DNA from: Fibrobacterales bacterium | GTDB taxonomy: Bacteria; Fibrobacterota; Fibrobacteria; Fibrobacterales; JAOPTW01 | DNA: 64,000 nt | Assembly (NCBI GenBank): GCA_051532055.1 | Contig: JAOPTX010000025.1 | Coordinates: forward strand, 11,449 to 75,448 | Direction: 5' to 3' | In this document: positions 49,570 to 59,808 of the stretch, piece after piece | Position numbering within the stretch: position 1 is the stretch's first letter | Layout of the letters: every line of letters starts with the position of its first letter | The notes under the pieces: generated by a model | Databases searched by the model: none | Seen by the model: the letters and a program-made list of their open reading frames with translations, nothing else | Told to the model about the DNA's origin: nothing | Position numbers and translations under genes: made by a program

Positions 49570-50625
49570 TTGGATAGATACCTTGCATGCCTTGCCTGGG
49601 TACAAATGAATAGGGGCGCTCTAGTGGCTGATGAAAGTGTAAGAAAAAGACTCGGACTGTTTCTCAATGATGATACCGCTCTAATCGATAAGTATATCGA
49701 AAAGTTTGGCGAGCGAGTTGCTATGAAAAATATCAAAGCATTACGTGATGATTTTGAGGTTGAAAGCGATGAAGTTGAATCAGAGGCAGACTCGAGTTTG
49801 GAGTCGCCGATATATACCATCAAAGTTACCTGCCCAGTATGTGGTACCGTAGATCTCAATTCACAAGCACTTAAAGCAAAGTCACTGGTTATTACGAATA
49901 ACCGTTTTTTTGCACCAACCTATTCTGGGGCGAGTGGGTTTCAAAGTGTTGACTATAACCGCTGTGCGGTAACCGTTTGTAATAAATGTTATTTTGCAAG
50001 TCCCGACAGAAATGATTTTATCACATTCTCAAATGTGACCCGGTCGGAAAAGCCTTCTCAACTTTCTCGGATAATTATTAATCAACTGGAAGAAGATACT
50101 GAGAACAGAAGTACCTTTTTTAATGAAAATAGCGGTACAAATAACCTTTTTGAGTCGAAAAAAGATATAAAACAGTCCATTTTATCCTATAGATTGGCAA
50201 TAATGCGGGCACAGATTGAAATTATAGACAAAGGCCCTTATGCTGCCTATAAAGCAGGATCATACGCTCTTAAAATAGCCCTTTTTGAGCAAATGCAAGG
50301 GAATGATGATACGCTAGCTCTTAAAGAATCCCTTGATTTTTACAAAGTGGCTTTCGAAAACTCTGATTACCCCAGTGAAGATGTTGAATATCGCACCTGT
50401 TATGTTATTGCCGCGCTATTACTCCGTGTTGGAGGAAGAGAGAAAGAAGCGAGGCAGTTTATGAGTGTTCTTGATCGTATTAAATCAGAGCTTGAACAGG
50501 ATAAGAGTAATCCTAGTCAGCATGCACTTCTGGTCTCTATTAATCGATGGAAGGATACCGCCCAAAACCTCTGGGACGATCGGGAGTATGAAGACCTGTG
50601 GGATCTCCCCAAGTCCCCAAAATAA
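49570..50625 (+). CDS. DUF2225-like protein (Zn ribbon + helical repeats); true start may be 49606 or 49624
   Basis: CPVC...VTVCNKCYFAS, then TPR-like helices. Confidence 0.65.
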   Translation: MDRYLACLAWVQMNRGALVADESVRKRLGLFLNDDTALIDKYIEKFGERVAMKNIKALRDDFEVESDEVESEADSSLESPIYTIKVTCPVCGTVDLNSQALKAKSLVITNNRFFAPTYSGASGFQSVDYNRCAVTVCNKCYFASPDRNDFITFSNVTRSEKPSQLSRIIINQLEEDTENRSTFFNENSGTNNLFESKKDIKQSILSYRLAIMRAQIEIIDKGPYAAYKAGSYALKIALFEQMQGNDDTLALKESLDFYKVAFENSDYPSEDVEYRTCYVIAALLLRVGGREKEARQFMSVLDRIKSELEQDKSNPSQHALLVSINRWKDTAQNLWDDREYEDLWDLPKSPK

Positions 50626-50748
50626 AAATTTAGATTTCTGCTTCGCATTACTGCGTTGTGTTCATCCTCAAGACATTCACATACTGATGTATGCTTCGTG
50701 CCTTTCGTCTTCACCCGCCTTGTTCTACTTTGCATAAATCGAAATTTT
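50625..50748 (-). repeat. ERIC-like palindromic intergenic element (copy 2)
   Basis: Minus strand reads AAATTTCGATTT...ACAAGGCG...GAAGCATACATCAGTATGTGA...CAACGCAGTAAT...AAATCTAAATTT, with terminal inverted repeats; ~124 bp. Confidence 0.7.
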
Positions 50749-50910
50749 AGTCCTTAAATATTTGGGGAGTTTGTGGTGTAAAGGCTTTTTTATGGTGACT
50801 ACAGGAATATTGTTTGTGTAGAGTTTCAGGTAAAAACGGACAAATTACTTTAATAAGGGCTAAATCCACTGTTTTCAATGGGTTAAACAGTGAGAAAATG
50901 AAAAAACCAT

Positions 50911-50937
50911 TAAGTGCCACTTTTAAAGAGTCGATAT
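50911..50937 (+). promoter_or_regulatory. Sigma28 (FliA)-type promoter of fliD
   Basis: TAAG-N15-GTCGATAT versus consensus TAAA-N15-GCCGATAA, 38 nt before the fliD ATG. Confidence 0.7.
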
Positions 50938-50975
50938 AAAGTAATAGAGGTTACAGAGGAACATGAGGTTATAAA

Positions 50976-53021
50976 ATGGCTGGATTATCTGCAGGAGGCA
51001 TGGTCTCGGGGATAGATACAAATGCTATCATTGATGGACTCTCAGAAATTGAGATGACTCGTGTTGCCCGTGTTGAAAACAAGAAAAAAGTTGTAGAGGC
51101 AAGACAAGAGTCATTTAACGACCTTACTGGCCGAATTGGAACATTAGCAGGTCTCGCCAAAAATATGGCAGACAAAGATTCATTTAATCTATTCACATCA
51201 AAATCTGATGATGATGATGTTGTTACCCTAGAAGGTGATGAAGGCGCTTCAGCTGGTTCGTTTGAAATAGAAGTACAGCAGCTTGCTTCAAAACAGAAAG
51301 CTGGCTCACAATCATTTAGTTCATTTACATCAACTGCTGGACTGACGGGTACTTTCGAAGTATCAAAAACGAAATCAGCTATTGAAAATGATCCTACAGA
51401 AACAACAATAGAAATAGAGATAGCGGCAACTGATACGCTCAAGGATATCGCTACAAAAATTAATAGTACTGATGGAGCGGGTATTAGTGCATCAATTCTT
51501 TCTCTTTCTGACAATGACCACCGTCTTATCATAACAAGTATAGATGAAGGTACCGATGGTTTTTTCATGAAAGATACCATTGGCAGTGTGTTGGGCGCGG
51601 CTGGTCTCGGTTTTTTATCTGAAAATGGGGGGGCTGTAACACAGGCGGTTCGCTCTGAATTTAATCTCGTTAATCAAGCAGGAATGGCGATTTCAGAAAC
51701 AGATGAGCTTGATAAGCTATCAACAGGCCTTGGACTAAATAATTTAAGTTTAAATGATAGTATAACCATTAATGGTACTATGGCTGATGGATCTGCTATT
51801 GCAGCGACGGACTTTGTATTTAATCCAGCAGTAGATACTGTTGGTAACCTTCTTACTGCAATTGAAGGGGCTTATGGTGGTACCGTAAATGCATCACTTA
51901 ATCAATCAGGTGAAATTGTACTACAAGACATAACGGGTGGGCTTAATGAAATGACCCTTGATCTTACATTCAATGATGTAGATGCAGATGGTTCTTCACT
52001 CAATATGGGTGGTTCAAAAGTAGTGAATCTTTTTAATAACGTACTTGCAGAGGGCAAAAAATCATTTTATAAGATTGATGGCCTTGCAATGAGTGCGCAA
52101 TCAAATTCTGATGAAAACACTGTACGCGGTACAAAAATTAATTTTCATGGGCTTCCAGAGGTTCCAGGTGAAGCGGTTAAAGTTTCTTTAACTCGTGATT
52201 ATAAAGGTATTGAAGAACGCATAAAAGGCTTTATAGAACAGTTTAATTCAGTGATGGATTTCATTGATGAAAAATCAAAAGTTAATGTTAAAGAAAAAGA
52301 AGCAGGCGATAGTAGTTCGCAATCTGAAGTTGAAGATAAAGGGGTTTTCTCAGGAGATTCAACGGTAAGACGCCTAAAACAAGAGCTCCGGAACATGATG
52401 ACAGGTGCTATTGAAGAGTTGTCGACGCAAACTCAGTACACTTCACTTTCACGTATTGGGATTACAACAAATTCTACATCAGGTCATTTAGAGATAGACT
52501 CGGAAGATCTCGAAAAAGCACTCTCTATGGATTTTGAAGGGGTGCGTGCACTCTTTGTTGCTCAGGGTAATTCAGATAATAACCTCCACGAAATGGGTAA
52601 GTACACTGATGAAACCCAAACGGGAAGTTTTGTTATTGATGCTGATAATGATACGATTAACGGTGTTGCCGCGAAACGAATTGGGCAGATATTAATTGCC
52701 AAAAGTGGCGAGGCTAATGGACTCTCTGTGAAAGCTCCTTCGGGAACAGGTACGGGCACCATGGAATTTACTCATGGGTTAGCAAGTAAACTTCATAATT
52801 TATATGAAGCACATAATGATTATGTAGATGGGCTCTTTAAACAGACAAAAGAGTCCAATGAAAAAAGGGTTCGTGATTACGAAGATAAAATAGAGAACCT
52901 TTGGGATAAAGTTGAAGCATTTAAAAGCCGATTAGTTAAACAGTTCAGTGATATGGAGCAGAGTATGTCTCGATTGCAATCACAAAGTAGTTCATTTATG
53001 TCTGCAATGTCGGGAATGTAA
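50976..53021 (+). CDS. fliD: Flagellar filament capping protein
   Basis: GMVSGIDTNAII, EVQQLA, TLKDIATKIN, SLSRIGIT, RLVKQFSDMEQSMSRLQSQ. Confidence 0.93.
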   Translation: MAGLSAGGMVSGIDTNAIIDGLSEIEMTRVARVENKKKVVEARQESFNDLTGRIGTLAGLAKNMADKDSFNLFTSKSDDDDVVTLEGDEGASAGSFEIEVQQLASKQKAGSQSFSSFTSTAGLTGTFEVSKTKSAIENDPTETTIEIEIAATDTLKDIATKINSTDGAGISASILSLSDNDHRLIITSIDEGTDGFFMKDTIGSVLGAAGLGFLSENGGAVTQAVRSEFNLVNQAGMAISETDELDKLSTGLGLNNLSLNDSITINGTMADGSAIAATDFVFNPAVDTVGNLLTAIEGAYGGTVNASLNQSGEIVLQDITGGLNEMTLDLTFNDVDADGSSLNMGGSKVVNLFNNVLAEGKKSFYKIDGLAMSAQSNSDENTVRGTKINFHGLPEVPGEAVKVSLTRDYKGIEERIKGFIEQFNSVMDFIDEKSKVNVKEKEAGDSSSQSEVEDKGVFSGDSTVRRLKQELRNMMTGAIEELSTQTQYTSLSRIGITTNSTSGHLEIDSEDLEKALSMDFEGVRALFVAQGNSDNNLHEMGKYTDETQTGSFVIDADNDTINGVAAKRIGQILIAKSGEANGLSVKAPSGTGTGTMEFTHGLASKLHNLYEAHNDYVDGLFKQTKESNEKRVRDYEDKIENLWDKVEAFKSRLVKQFSDMEQSMSRLQSQSSSFMSAMSGM

Positions 53022-53033
53022 AAGGGGAATGAG

Positions 53034-53534
53034 ATGAGTACAGGATATAATGCTTACGGAAAACAGATGAATGCTGCAACAGCAAGTAGCTACGCTTCAA
53101 AGGTGAGCTCTCAGATTAAATCTGCGTATACTAATACTGATATCGAAACTGCAGACCGTGGTCAACTCATTGTTATGATTTATGACCACTGCATTAAATG
53201 GTGTAAAAAAGCGGTGGAAGCAGTTGATAACAACAAAATAGAGTTACGAACGAAAGCAATTTTTAAGGTACAAGATGGTATCACAGAGCTTAGTTGCGCC
53301 CTTGATCATGATAAAGGTGGTGATATTGCTCAAAATCTCTATTGGTTATATGAATTCTATAACTACCATCTCAGCGAAGCAAATTTGAAAAACAATAAAG
53401 AACATATAGTACAAATTCAAGAGATGCTCCAGACTTTGAGAGAGGCATGGATGGATGCTGCTGATCAGTGTCGTAAAAGTGGAAGCGTTGATATGCGTGT
53501 TAATCAAAAATCATATGTGAGTATTGTGGGGTAA
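53034..53534 (+). CDS. fliS: Flagellin export chaperone
   Basis: IETADRGQLIVMIYD, LDHDKGGDIAQNLYWLY, LREAW; directly after fliD. Confidence 0.93.
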   Translation: MSTGYNAYGKQMNAATASSYASKVSSQIKSAYTNTDIETADRGQLIVMIYDHCIKWCKKAVEAVDNNKIELRTKAIFKVQDGITELSCALDHDKGGDIAQNLYWLYEFYNYHLSEANLKNNKEHIVQIQEMLQTLREAWMDAADQCRKSGSVDMRVNQKSYVSIVG

Positions 53535-53537
53535 ACT

Positions 53538-53957
53538 ATGCAGGCTGTTGTTGAAGAAATATCAGAAAGACTCGAAAAACTCTACACCCTTTTTCAACTT
53601 GCACTTGAAGTTGGGGAAAGTTTAATTGTTGGGGTTGATGAAGACATTGTGAAACACACAGATCACCGCCATAGAATCTTAAATAAAACCCAAGCACTCT
53701 CTAAAGAGAGTAAAGAAGCGATGGACCAGGCGCTTCAATCTGGCACACTCTCGAAGGCAGAAGAGGCATTTGTTGCAGAGAAGCGTGCTCGTATTTTTGA
53801 CCTTGAACCACTGCTGAGACGTCAAAATATTAAAATACAACAAAATGTTGCTCAGCGACTCGCTGAGTGTCGCAAAAAGCTTGCAGGGAACACTACTCGC
53901 GTCCATGCAATTTCAGCATATATGAAAGCTCCTCAGGCCAGGCCTCTAATCTCATAA
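53538..53957 (+). CDS. Helical hypothetical protein in the FliT position
   Basis: 3 bp after fliS; all-helical, 139 aa. Confidence 0.55.
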   Translation: MQAVVEEISERLEKLYTLFQLALEVGESLIVGVDEDIVKHTDHRHRILNKTQALSKESKEAMDQALQSGTLSKAEEAFVAEKRARIFDLEPLLRRQNIKIQQNVAQRLAECRKKLAGNTTRVHAISAYMKAPQARPLIS

Positions 53958-53986
53958 CACCTCACTGGTTTGTAGGGCACTCATCT

Positions 53987-54019
53987 AAAAGAGCACTTTG
54001 AAAAAGGTGCTCTTTTTTT
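53987..54019 (+). terminator. Intrinsic terminator of the fliD operon
   Basis: AAAAGAGCAC-...-GTGCTCTTTTTTT. Confidence 0.85.
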
Positions 54020-54088
54020 ACGTTCTATGTATAGAGTATCCACTGAATTTGTGTATATTTAAGCCAATCTAACGAAGATACCTATGCT

Positions 54089-55156
54089 ATGAATACAATC
54101 CTTGTTTTCGCCTACTCAGAAAAATTTGTTAAATACCTTGAATCCTTATTGAAAGGTCGGTATCTATTACACATTACTTATGATAAAACTGAGCTGCCAA
54201 CTCTTGCACGTAATATTTTTCCAAGCTTAGTACTCGTTGAAAAAACAGCTCCAGATACTCTGTATGTGATAGAGTTGTTACACTCAATTGAACAATTTAA
54301 AGCACTTCCCTTTCTCTGTTTTGTACCCAAAGAGAAAATAGAGAAATATCCAAGGCTCTTTGAACAGTCAAATGTAGATATTGTTGAAGTCCCTATTTTT
54401 GATTGTGCACTTCTCAACCGAATTAAAAATTATTGTGCGCTTAATCCATCGCAAATATCCAATATCAATGCAATAATGGAGACCAATGAGTTTGCCATTA
54501 CGCAAACGATTCTATTAGATTTTATTGATGCAGCATCGGATTATCGTTCTACAGAGCCGAAAGGACATGTAAAACGTATGCAAAATTATGCAAAAGCATT
54601 AGCAATAGAGTTACAAAAAAGTGATGCATATCGGGAAGAGATATCTGATACTCAAATCATGTCACTCTTTTTGGCTGCGCCATTACACGACATTGGAAAA
54701 GCTGCTGTTCCTGACTCTATCCTTCACAAAAAAGGGACACTGAGTCCTCAAGAATTTGATAAAGTAAAAACCCATACCACTGCAGGTTATGAGGCTCTCA
54801 AAGGTATAGAAAATAAGCTTAATAACACAGAGTTTTTAATGTTTGCAAGTGATATCGTTTATTGCCACCATGAGCGATGGGATGGTGCAGGCTATCCTCG
54901 TGGCCTTAAGGGGGCAGAGGTTTCAATCTTTAGTCGTATTATGGGGCTCGTTGATGTCTATGATGCTCTCATTAGTATTACACTTTACCGAGATGCTTAT
55001 TCTCACTCTGAAGCAGTTGCAATAATTAAAGAAGAGCGCAGCAAACATTTCTGTCCTGATGTCACTGATGCATTTTTGTGTATTAATGAAGATTTTAAAA
55101 GTATTGCAATAATGAATACAGACTCAATGGTAGAGCTCGATAAACTAAATGGCTAG
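54089..55156 (+). CDS. HD-GYP phosphodiesterase with degenerate receiver-like N-terminus
   Basis: GHVKR, LHDIGK, HHERWDGAGYPRGL, DVYDAL. Confidence 0.9.
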   Translation: MNTILVFAYSEKFVKYLESLLKGRYLLHITYDKTELPTLARNIFPSLVLVEKTAPDTLYVIELLHSIEQFKALPFLCFVPKEKIEKYPRLFEQSNVDIVEVPIFDCALLNRIKNYCALNPSQISNINAIMETNEFAITQTILLDFIDAASDYRSTEPKGHVKRMQNYAKALAIELQKSDAYREEISDTQIMSLFLAAPLHDIGKAAVPDSILHKKGTLSPQEFDKVKTHTTAGYEALKGIENKLNNTEFLMFASDIVYCHHERWDGAGYPRGLKGAEVSIFSRIMGLVDVYDALISITLYRDAYSHSEAVAIIKEERSKHFCPDVTDAFLCINEDFKSIAIMNTDSMVELDKLNG

Positions 55157-55190
55157 TATTGAATTAGTGATGAATAATTAATCGACTTTA

Positions 55191-55529
55191 TTAGGTACTA
55201 CAGCACCCACCACCACAACAATCATCAATTTGGCTTGCAGTAGAAGCATTGTCTATGTAGCGACGTACTTGATCGAGATTAGGAAGGGTGCCAATACCAA
55301 TTACCGCATCATTTACACAGGTAATGGGAAGTGCTGCAACCCCTTGAGTCTCAACCATTACACGAACCGCATCATCTTGTTGTACTAAATTAGGGTGCCC
55401 CTCTATAGAGTATCGCGCTGGTAAAATGGAGAGTGGATCAAGTGCTTTTGCCTCAGATAAGAAGGTGGTAATGGACTCCTTTTGAGCCTCCGTAAAGCTT
55501 TCTGATTCATATACTTTAACAACTTTCAT
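55191..55529 (-). CDS. ArsD-like thioredoxin-fold small protein
   Basis: VKVYE..., RYSI..P...V.., GVAALPITCVND, C-terminal CCGGGCC; AGGGAG RBS before ATG 55529. Confidence 0.6.
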   Translation of the reverse strand: MKVVKVYESESFTEAQKESITTFLSEAKALDPLSILPARYSIEGHPNLVQQDDAVRVMVETQGVAALPITCVNDAVIGIGTLPNLDQVRRYIDNASTASQIDDCCGGGCCST

Positions 55530-55692
55530 GGCCATCTCCCTGTGGTACACCAAATATACGTTCTTCCATGAGTTTAGGATTGTCTAAAAACTAAAAAATC
55601 AGAGTTGTAGTCGTGCAATACTAAGTTGCATAGTTTGTTTTATGGCTCAATAGCTTTTTTTTCTGTATACTAAAGAGGATATGGAGGTAGAA

Positions 55693-56193
55693 ATGAATAC
55701 CCATGTACCCATTCCCTTTACTGATATCGATCGTGTCTTATCGATTCTCAACAAAATATCCCTCTTTGGAGGCTTAAGTGATATACATCTTGCGGCGGTA
55801 TTTAAAACGTTAGAGCGAGTTACCTACGTTGATGGAGAGACAATATTTGAAGAAGGTGGCTCACCTTCCGAGATATTTATCATTCTAGAAGGGAGTGTCA
55901 AAGTAGTATTGAATTACAACCACAGCCCATTAGTCATAGCTGAGTTTAGTGTCGGAAATTGCTTGGGTGAAACCTCAGCAATTGGCATTCAACCTCATAG
56001 TGCAACGGCAATTGCTCATGGAAGCGTCGAGTTGTTGGTTCTCACCAAAAAGGCTCTTATGACATTTTTTCATGAAGACCCTAAGCTCTTTGGCTATATC
56101 ACTCTAAATATAGCTCGTGAGGCTTGTAGGCGTCTGAGTAAGGCAGACAATACTCTTTTACATTATGTTAATCGAGGGGTGAAATTCTCGTAA
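55693..56193 (+). CDS. Stand-alone cyclic nucleotide-binding domain protein
   Basis: LFGGL, IFEEG, FIILEGSVKV, LGE...PHSATA; no HTH; GGAGG RBS. Confidence 0.85.
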   Translation: MNTHVPIPFTDIDRVLSILNKISLFGGLSDIHLAAVFKTLERVTYVDGETIFEEGGSPSEIFIILEGSVKVVLNYNHSPLVIAEFSVGNCLGETSAIGIQPHSATAIAHGSVELLVLTKKALMTFFHEDPKLFGYITLNIAREACRRLSKADNTLLHYVNRGVKFS

Positions 56194-56255
56194 GAAAGGC
56201 TACCCAAATAGTGGTTGATAACATACATTTTACTCCGGTTAAATGGAGGAACAGA

Positions 56256-56891
56256 ATGTCAGAGTCGATTAAGAGTCTATTAGCTGGAAACAAAGAATGG
56301 GTTGAAACAATGAGTGAAGCGGACCCAAACTTTTTTAATTCGTTAAAAGATGGGCAGTCACCCGAATATCTTTGGATAGGGTGCTCAGATAGTCGTGTTC
56401 CCGCTACTGAGATAACGAATAAACATCCTGGCTCAATCTTTGTTCATAGAAATATTGCAAATATGGTTGTCCATACTGACTCAAACCTCTTAAGCGTTGT
56501 TAATTATGCAGTGAAAGTGCTGAAGGTGAAGCATATTATTGTTTGTGGTCACTATGGATGTGGTGGGGTTCAGGCTGCTATGAGTAATGAAAAGTTTGGT
56601 TTTTTGGATAATTGGTTGGTACATATTAAAGATGTGTATAGGTTACATAAAAAAGAGCTGGATGCAATCTCAGACCCAGATAAACGTCACAAGAGGTTTG
56701 TTGAACTTAATATTTCTGAACAGGTGAATAACCTCTCTATGGTTTCGGCTATACAAGAAGAGTGGATTTCAGGTGATTACCCATATATTCATGGATGGGT
56801 CTATAGTTTAGAAAATGGCATTATTAAAGACCTTGAGATATCAGTTAACTCAAGCGAACATCTTGATGAAGTGTATCGATATCAATCATAA
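56256..56891 (+). CDS. can: Beta-class carbonic anhydrase
   Basis: WIGCSDSRV, FVHRNIAN, CGHYGCGG, HGWVY. Confidence 0.95.
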   Translation: MSESIKSLLAGNKEWVETMSEADPNFFNSLKDGQSPEYLWIGCSDSRVPATEITNKHPGSIFVHRNIANMVVHTDSNLLSVVNYAVKVLKVKHIIVCGHYGCGGVQAAMSNEKFGFLDNWLVHIKDVYRLHKKELDAISDPDKRHKRFVELNISEQVNNLSMVSAIQEEWISGDYPYIHGWVYSLENGIIKDLEISVNSSEHLDEVYRYQS

Positions 56892-56940
56892 GAGTAAATA
56901 ACACCAGAGAGCTAGGCTCTATAGCTTCCTGGTGTATTAT

Positions 56941-58338
56941 CTAAATAGTGTAGGTCTTTTTTAAGTCAGCGTAGGTTACATTCTCATAACCTTGGCTGCG
57001 TAAAGCATCAATAAATGATTCAGCTTGTTCTGGCTCACCATGAACGAGGAATATATTCTTAAGTTTACTTGGTTCAGACATGTTTACATAATTAATAAGT
57101 GCCTTTCTGTCGGCATGACCACTAAAACCATCAATGGTTTTAACCTGACATTTAACCTGAACCTCTTCACGCATTATTTTTACTAAGGTCTCACCATCCA
57201 TGATCTTTCGAGCAAGCGTGTGTTTCGCGGCATACCCAACAAAGAGAACCATGTTTTTACGGTCTGTGAGGCCACTCTTTAGGTGGTGGAGTATTCGTCC
57301 ACCCTCAGCCATTCCTGAAGAAGAAATAACCACGTGTGGGTATGAGAGGTTATTGAGTGCCTTGGACTCTTCTGCGGTATCAACATAGGTTAATCGATTA
57401 AAAGTAAATGGGTCCTCTTCATCTTCAAGAAAGACCCGTTGGGTTTCACGGTCCATAATATGAGGATGTTTTCTATAAATTTCAGTCGCTTTTCGTGCGA
57501 GTGGGCTATCAACAAAAATAGGAATATCAGGTATTCTTCCTTGATCATAGAGTTTGTGCATGATGTATACGAGAAGCTGTGTCCTTCCAACTGCAAATGC
57601 TGGAATTATCAGTTTGCCTCCTTTAGAGGTTACTTCACAAATAGTTTCTGCGAGTTCATCTTCAACATTCTCATATGGATTGTGATGGCGATTACCATAG
57701 GTACATTCCATAATGAGTGCATCAAGTGCTCGAGGTAAGTTGGGGTCTCTGAGAATAGGTTTTCCAGCGACACCTATATCACCCGAATACCCGAGCCGTT
57801 TAGTGGTACCCTTATCGTCGGCTTCAATCACAATTCCTGCAGAACCTAAAATATGGCCAGCATCTCGATAGGTCACTTTTATTCCTTCAAATATCTCAAA
57901 TTCTACATCGTATTTAATGGGTTCAAAATGACTGATACAGATATCCACATCCTTATCGTCATAGAGTACTTGTAATGGCTTTTGATTGTTTTTTCGACGG
58001 ATATTATTGATCCAATCTATCTCGAGTTGTTGAAGATATGCTGAATCTCTGAGCATTATTTTACAGAGGTCAATAGTTGCAGGAGTAGTAAATATCTTGC
58101 CTTTAAAGCCGTCTTTAATCAGCTTTGGCAAGTTACCGCTGTGATCCATGTGTGCATGAGAGAGCAGAACTGCATCGATTTCTGATGGGTCAAAGGGGAA
58201 GTCGTGATTAATTTCATAGGCCTCCTTCTTATGGCCCTGAAATAAGCCACAATCTAGTAATAGTGTTTTGCCACAGGCACGGATAATATGTTGAGAGCCG
58301 GTGACAGTTTTTGCGGCACCACAAATTTCAATTTCCAT
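56941..58338 (-). CDS. MBL-fold / beta-CASP metallo-hydrolase (RNA-processing family)
   Basis: GAAKTVTGS, DCG, SHAHMDHSG, AGHILGS, SGD, TYG, PAFAVGR, FSGHAD, VHGE. Confidence 0.92.
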   Translation of the reverse strand: MEIEICGAAKTVTGSQHIIRACGKTLLLDCGLFQGHKKEAYEINHDFPFDPSEIDAVLLSHAHMDHSGNLPKLIKDGFKGKIFTTPATIDLCKIMLRDSAYLQQLEIDWINNIRRKNNQKPLQVLYDDKDVDICISHFEPIKYDVEFEIFEGIKVTYRDAGHILGSAGIVIEADDKGTTKRLGYSGDIGVAGKPILRDPNLPRALDALIMECTYGNRHHNPYENVEDELAETICEVTSKGGKLIIPAFAVGRTQLLVYIMHKLYDQGRIPDIPIFVDSPLARKATEIYRKHPHIMDRETQRVFLEDEEDPFTFNRLTYVDTAEESKALNNLSYPHVVISSSGMAEGGRILHHLKSGLTDRKNMVLFVGYAAKHTLARKIMDGETLVKIMREEVQVKCQVKTIDGFSGHADRKALINYVNMSEPSKLKNIFLVHGEPEQAESFIDALRSQGYENVTYADLKKTYTI

Positions 58339-58506
58339 ACAGGATCCTTTCGTTAAAGCAAGGCAAGTAAGTCTCATTAATAAGAGTATATTGTATACAC
58401 CTTATATTTTAAATATACGCTAAATTACCCTCTGTAGGTAATTTAAGTCATATTTGAGAGTAAGAAAATGAGTAATTAATGGGTAAAAAAGTAAAGTAAA
58501 ATTCCC

Positions 58507-59787
58507 TTATGAGGCAATTTTACTATCAACATCTTTTTTGTTTGACTTATAGATATATTCAGGTTTAGCACCATCGGAAATAACAGATTCATTGATGATA
58601 CACTCTTGAATAGATTTCTGAGTGGGAATCTCATACATTGCTTTAAGGAGTGATGTTTCTATGATTGATCGTAGTCCTCGTGCACCAGTTTTTCGTGAAA
58701 TTGTTTTGGCAACAATTGCTTTAAGCGCAGACTCGTCAAAGGTGAGTTTCACATTGTCGATCTCGAAAAGTTTTTTATACTGCTTAACTAATGCGTTTTT
58801 AGGTTCAGTCAGTATTTGAAGAAGTGCTTCTTCGTCAAGTTCATCTAACCCCACAAGCATAGGAATTCGTCCAACGATTTCTGGGATCATACCAAATTGA
58901 ATAAGGTCTTCTGGTTCAGCCATTCTAAAAAGTTCACCGATATTGTGATCTTTTTTGCTTTGTACATCGGCACCAAAGCCCATACCTGATTGTTTAACAC
59001 GGCGTGCAATAACTTTGTCGAGTGATTCAAAAGCACCACCACAGATAAAAAGAACATTTTTAGTGTTAACTTGCACGAGGTTTTGCTCAGGATGTTTACG
59101 GCCACCTTTAGGTGGAACAGAAGCAGTAGTACCTTCAAGAAGCTTTAAAAGTCCTTGTTGTACACCTTCACCTGATACATCTCGAGTAATTGAAGGGTTG
59201 GCGCTTTTTCTTGAAATTTTGTCGATTTCATCAATAAATATGATGCCTCGTTCAGCTTTTTCAACGTCATACTCTGCTGCTTGGAGGAGTTTTACAATAA
59301 TATTATCGACATCTTCGCCCACATACCCTGCTTCAGTGAGAACGGTAGCATCAACGATGGCAAAGGGAACATTGATAAATTTTGCAATGGATTGGGCCAA
59401 TAACGTTTTCCCTGAGCCGGTAGGCCCAAGGAAAAGAATATTTGATTTTTCGAGGGTTGGCCCCGATTCATCAAGGTTTTTATGAACTACTCGTTTATAG
59501 TGATTATAAACAGCTACAGCAAGTGTTACTTTAGCGTCATTTTGACCAATAACATACTCATCAAGATGTTCTCTGATCTCCGCTGGTGAGGGCAGATCAA
59601 ATGCAGCAGCTACATTAGATGCCTTTGCACGTTTCATCTCTTCAGTAATGATTTTGTGGCACATAGTAACACATTCGTTACAAACACAAATACCTGGAGG
59701 GCCGGTAATAATTTTATCGACTTGCTCGGCTGATTTGCCGCAAAATGAACAGTTCACTCTTGGGTGATTTTTTCCGCTATGGTACAT
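58507..59787 (-). CDS. clpX: ATP-dependent Clp protease ATP-binding subunit
   Basis: CSFC...CNEC zinc domain, [28 protein letters not shown]. Confidence 0.97.
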   Translation of the reverse strand: MYHSGKNHPRVNCSFCGKSAEQVDKIITGPPGICVCNECVTMCHKIITEEMKRAKASNVAAAFDLPSPAEIREHLDEYVIGQNDAKVTLAVAVYNHYKRVVHKNLDESGPTLEKSNILFLGPTGSGKTLLAQSIAKFINVPFAIVDATVLTEAGYVGEDVDNIIVKLLQAAEYDVEKAERGIIFIDEIDKISRKSANPSITRDVSGEGVQQGLLKLLEGTTASVPPKGGRKHPEQNLVQVNTKNVLFICGGAFESLDKVIARRVKQSGMGFGADVQSKKDHNIGELFRMAEPEDLIQFGMIPEIVGRIPMLVGLDELDEEALLQILTEPKNALVKQYKKLFEIDNVKLTFDESALKAIVAKTISRKTGARGLRSIIETSLLKAMYEIPTQKSIQECIINESVISDGAKPEYIYKSNKKDVDSKIAS

Positions 59788-59808
59788 AAGTTCTTATGAA
59801 GTAATTAA

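Noticed and set aside
50969..51580. 203-aa antisense ORF and other short six-frame ORFs (e.g. 58955-59485, 11283-11582, 49518-49859)
   Set aside because: Shadow frames of well-supported genes, with no recognisable motifs
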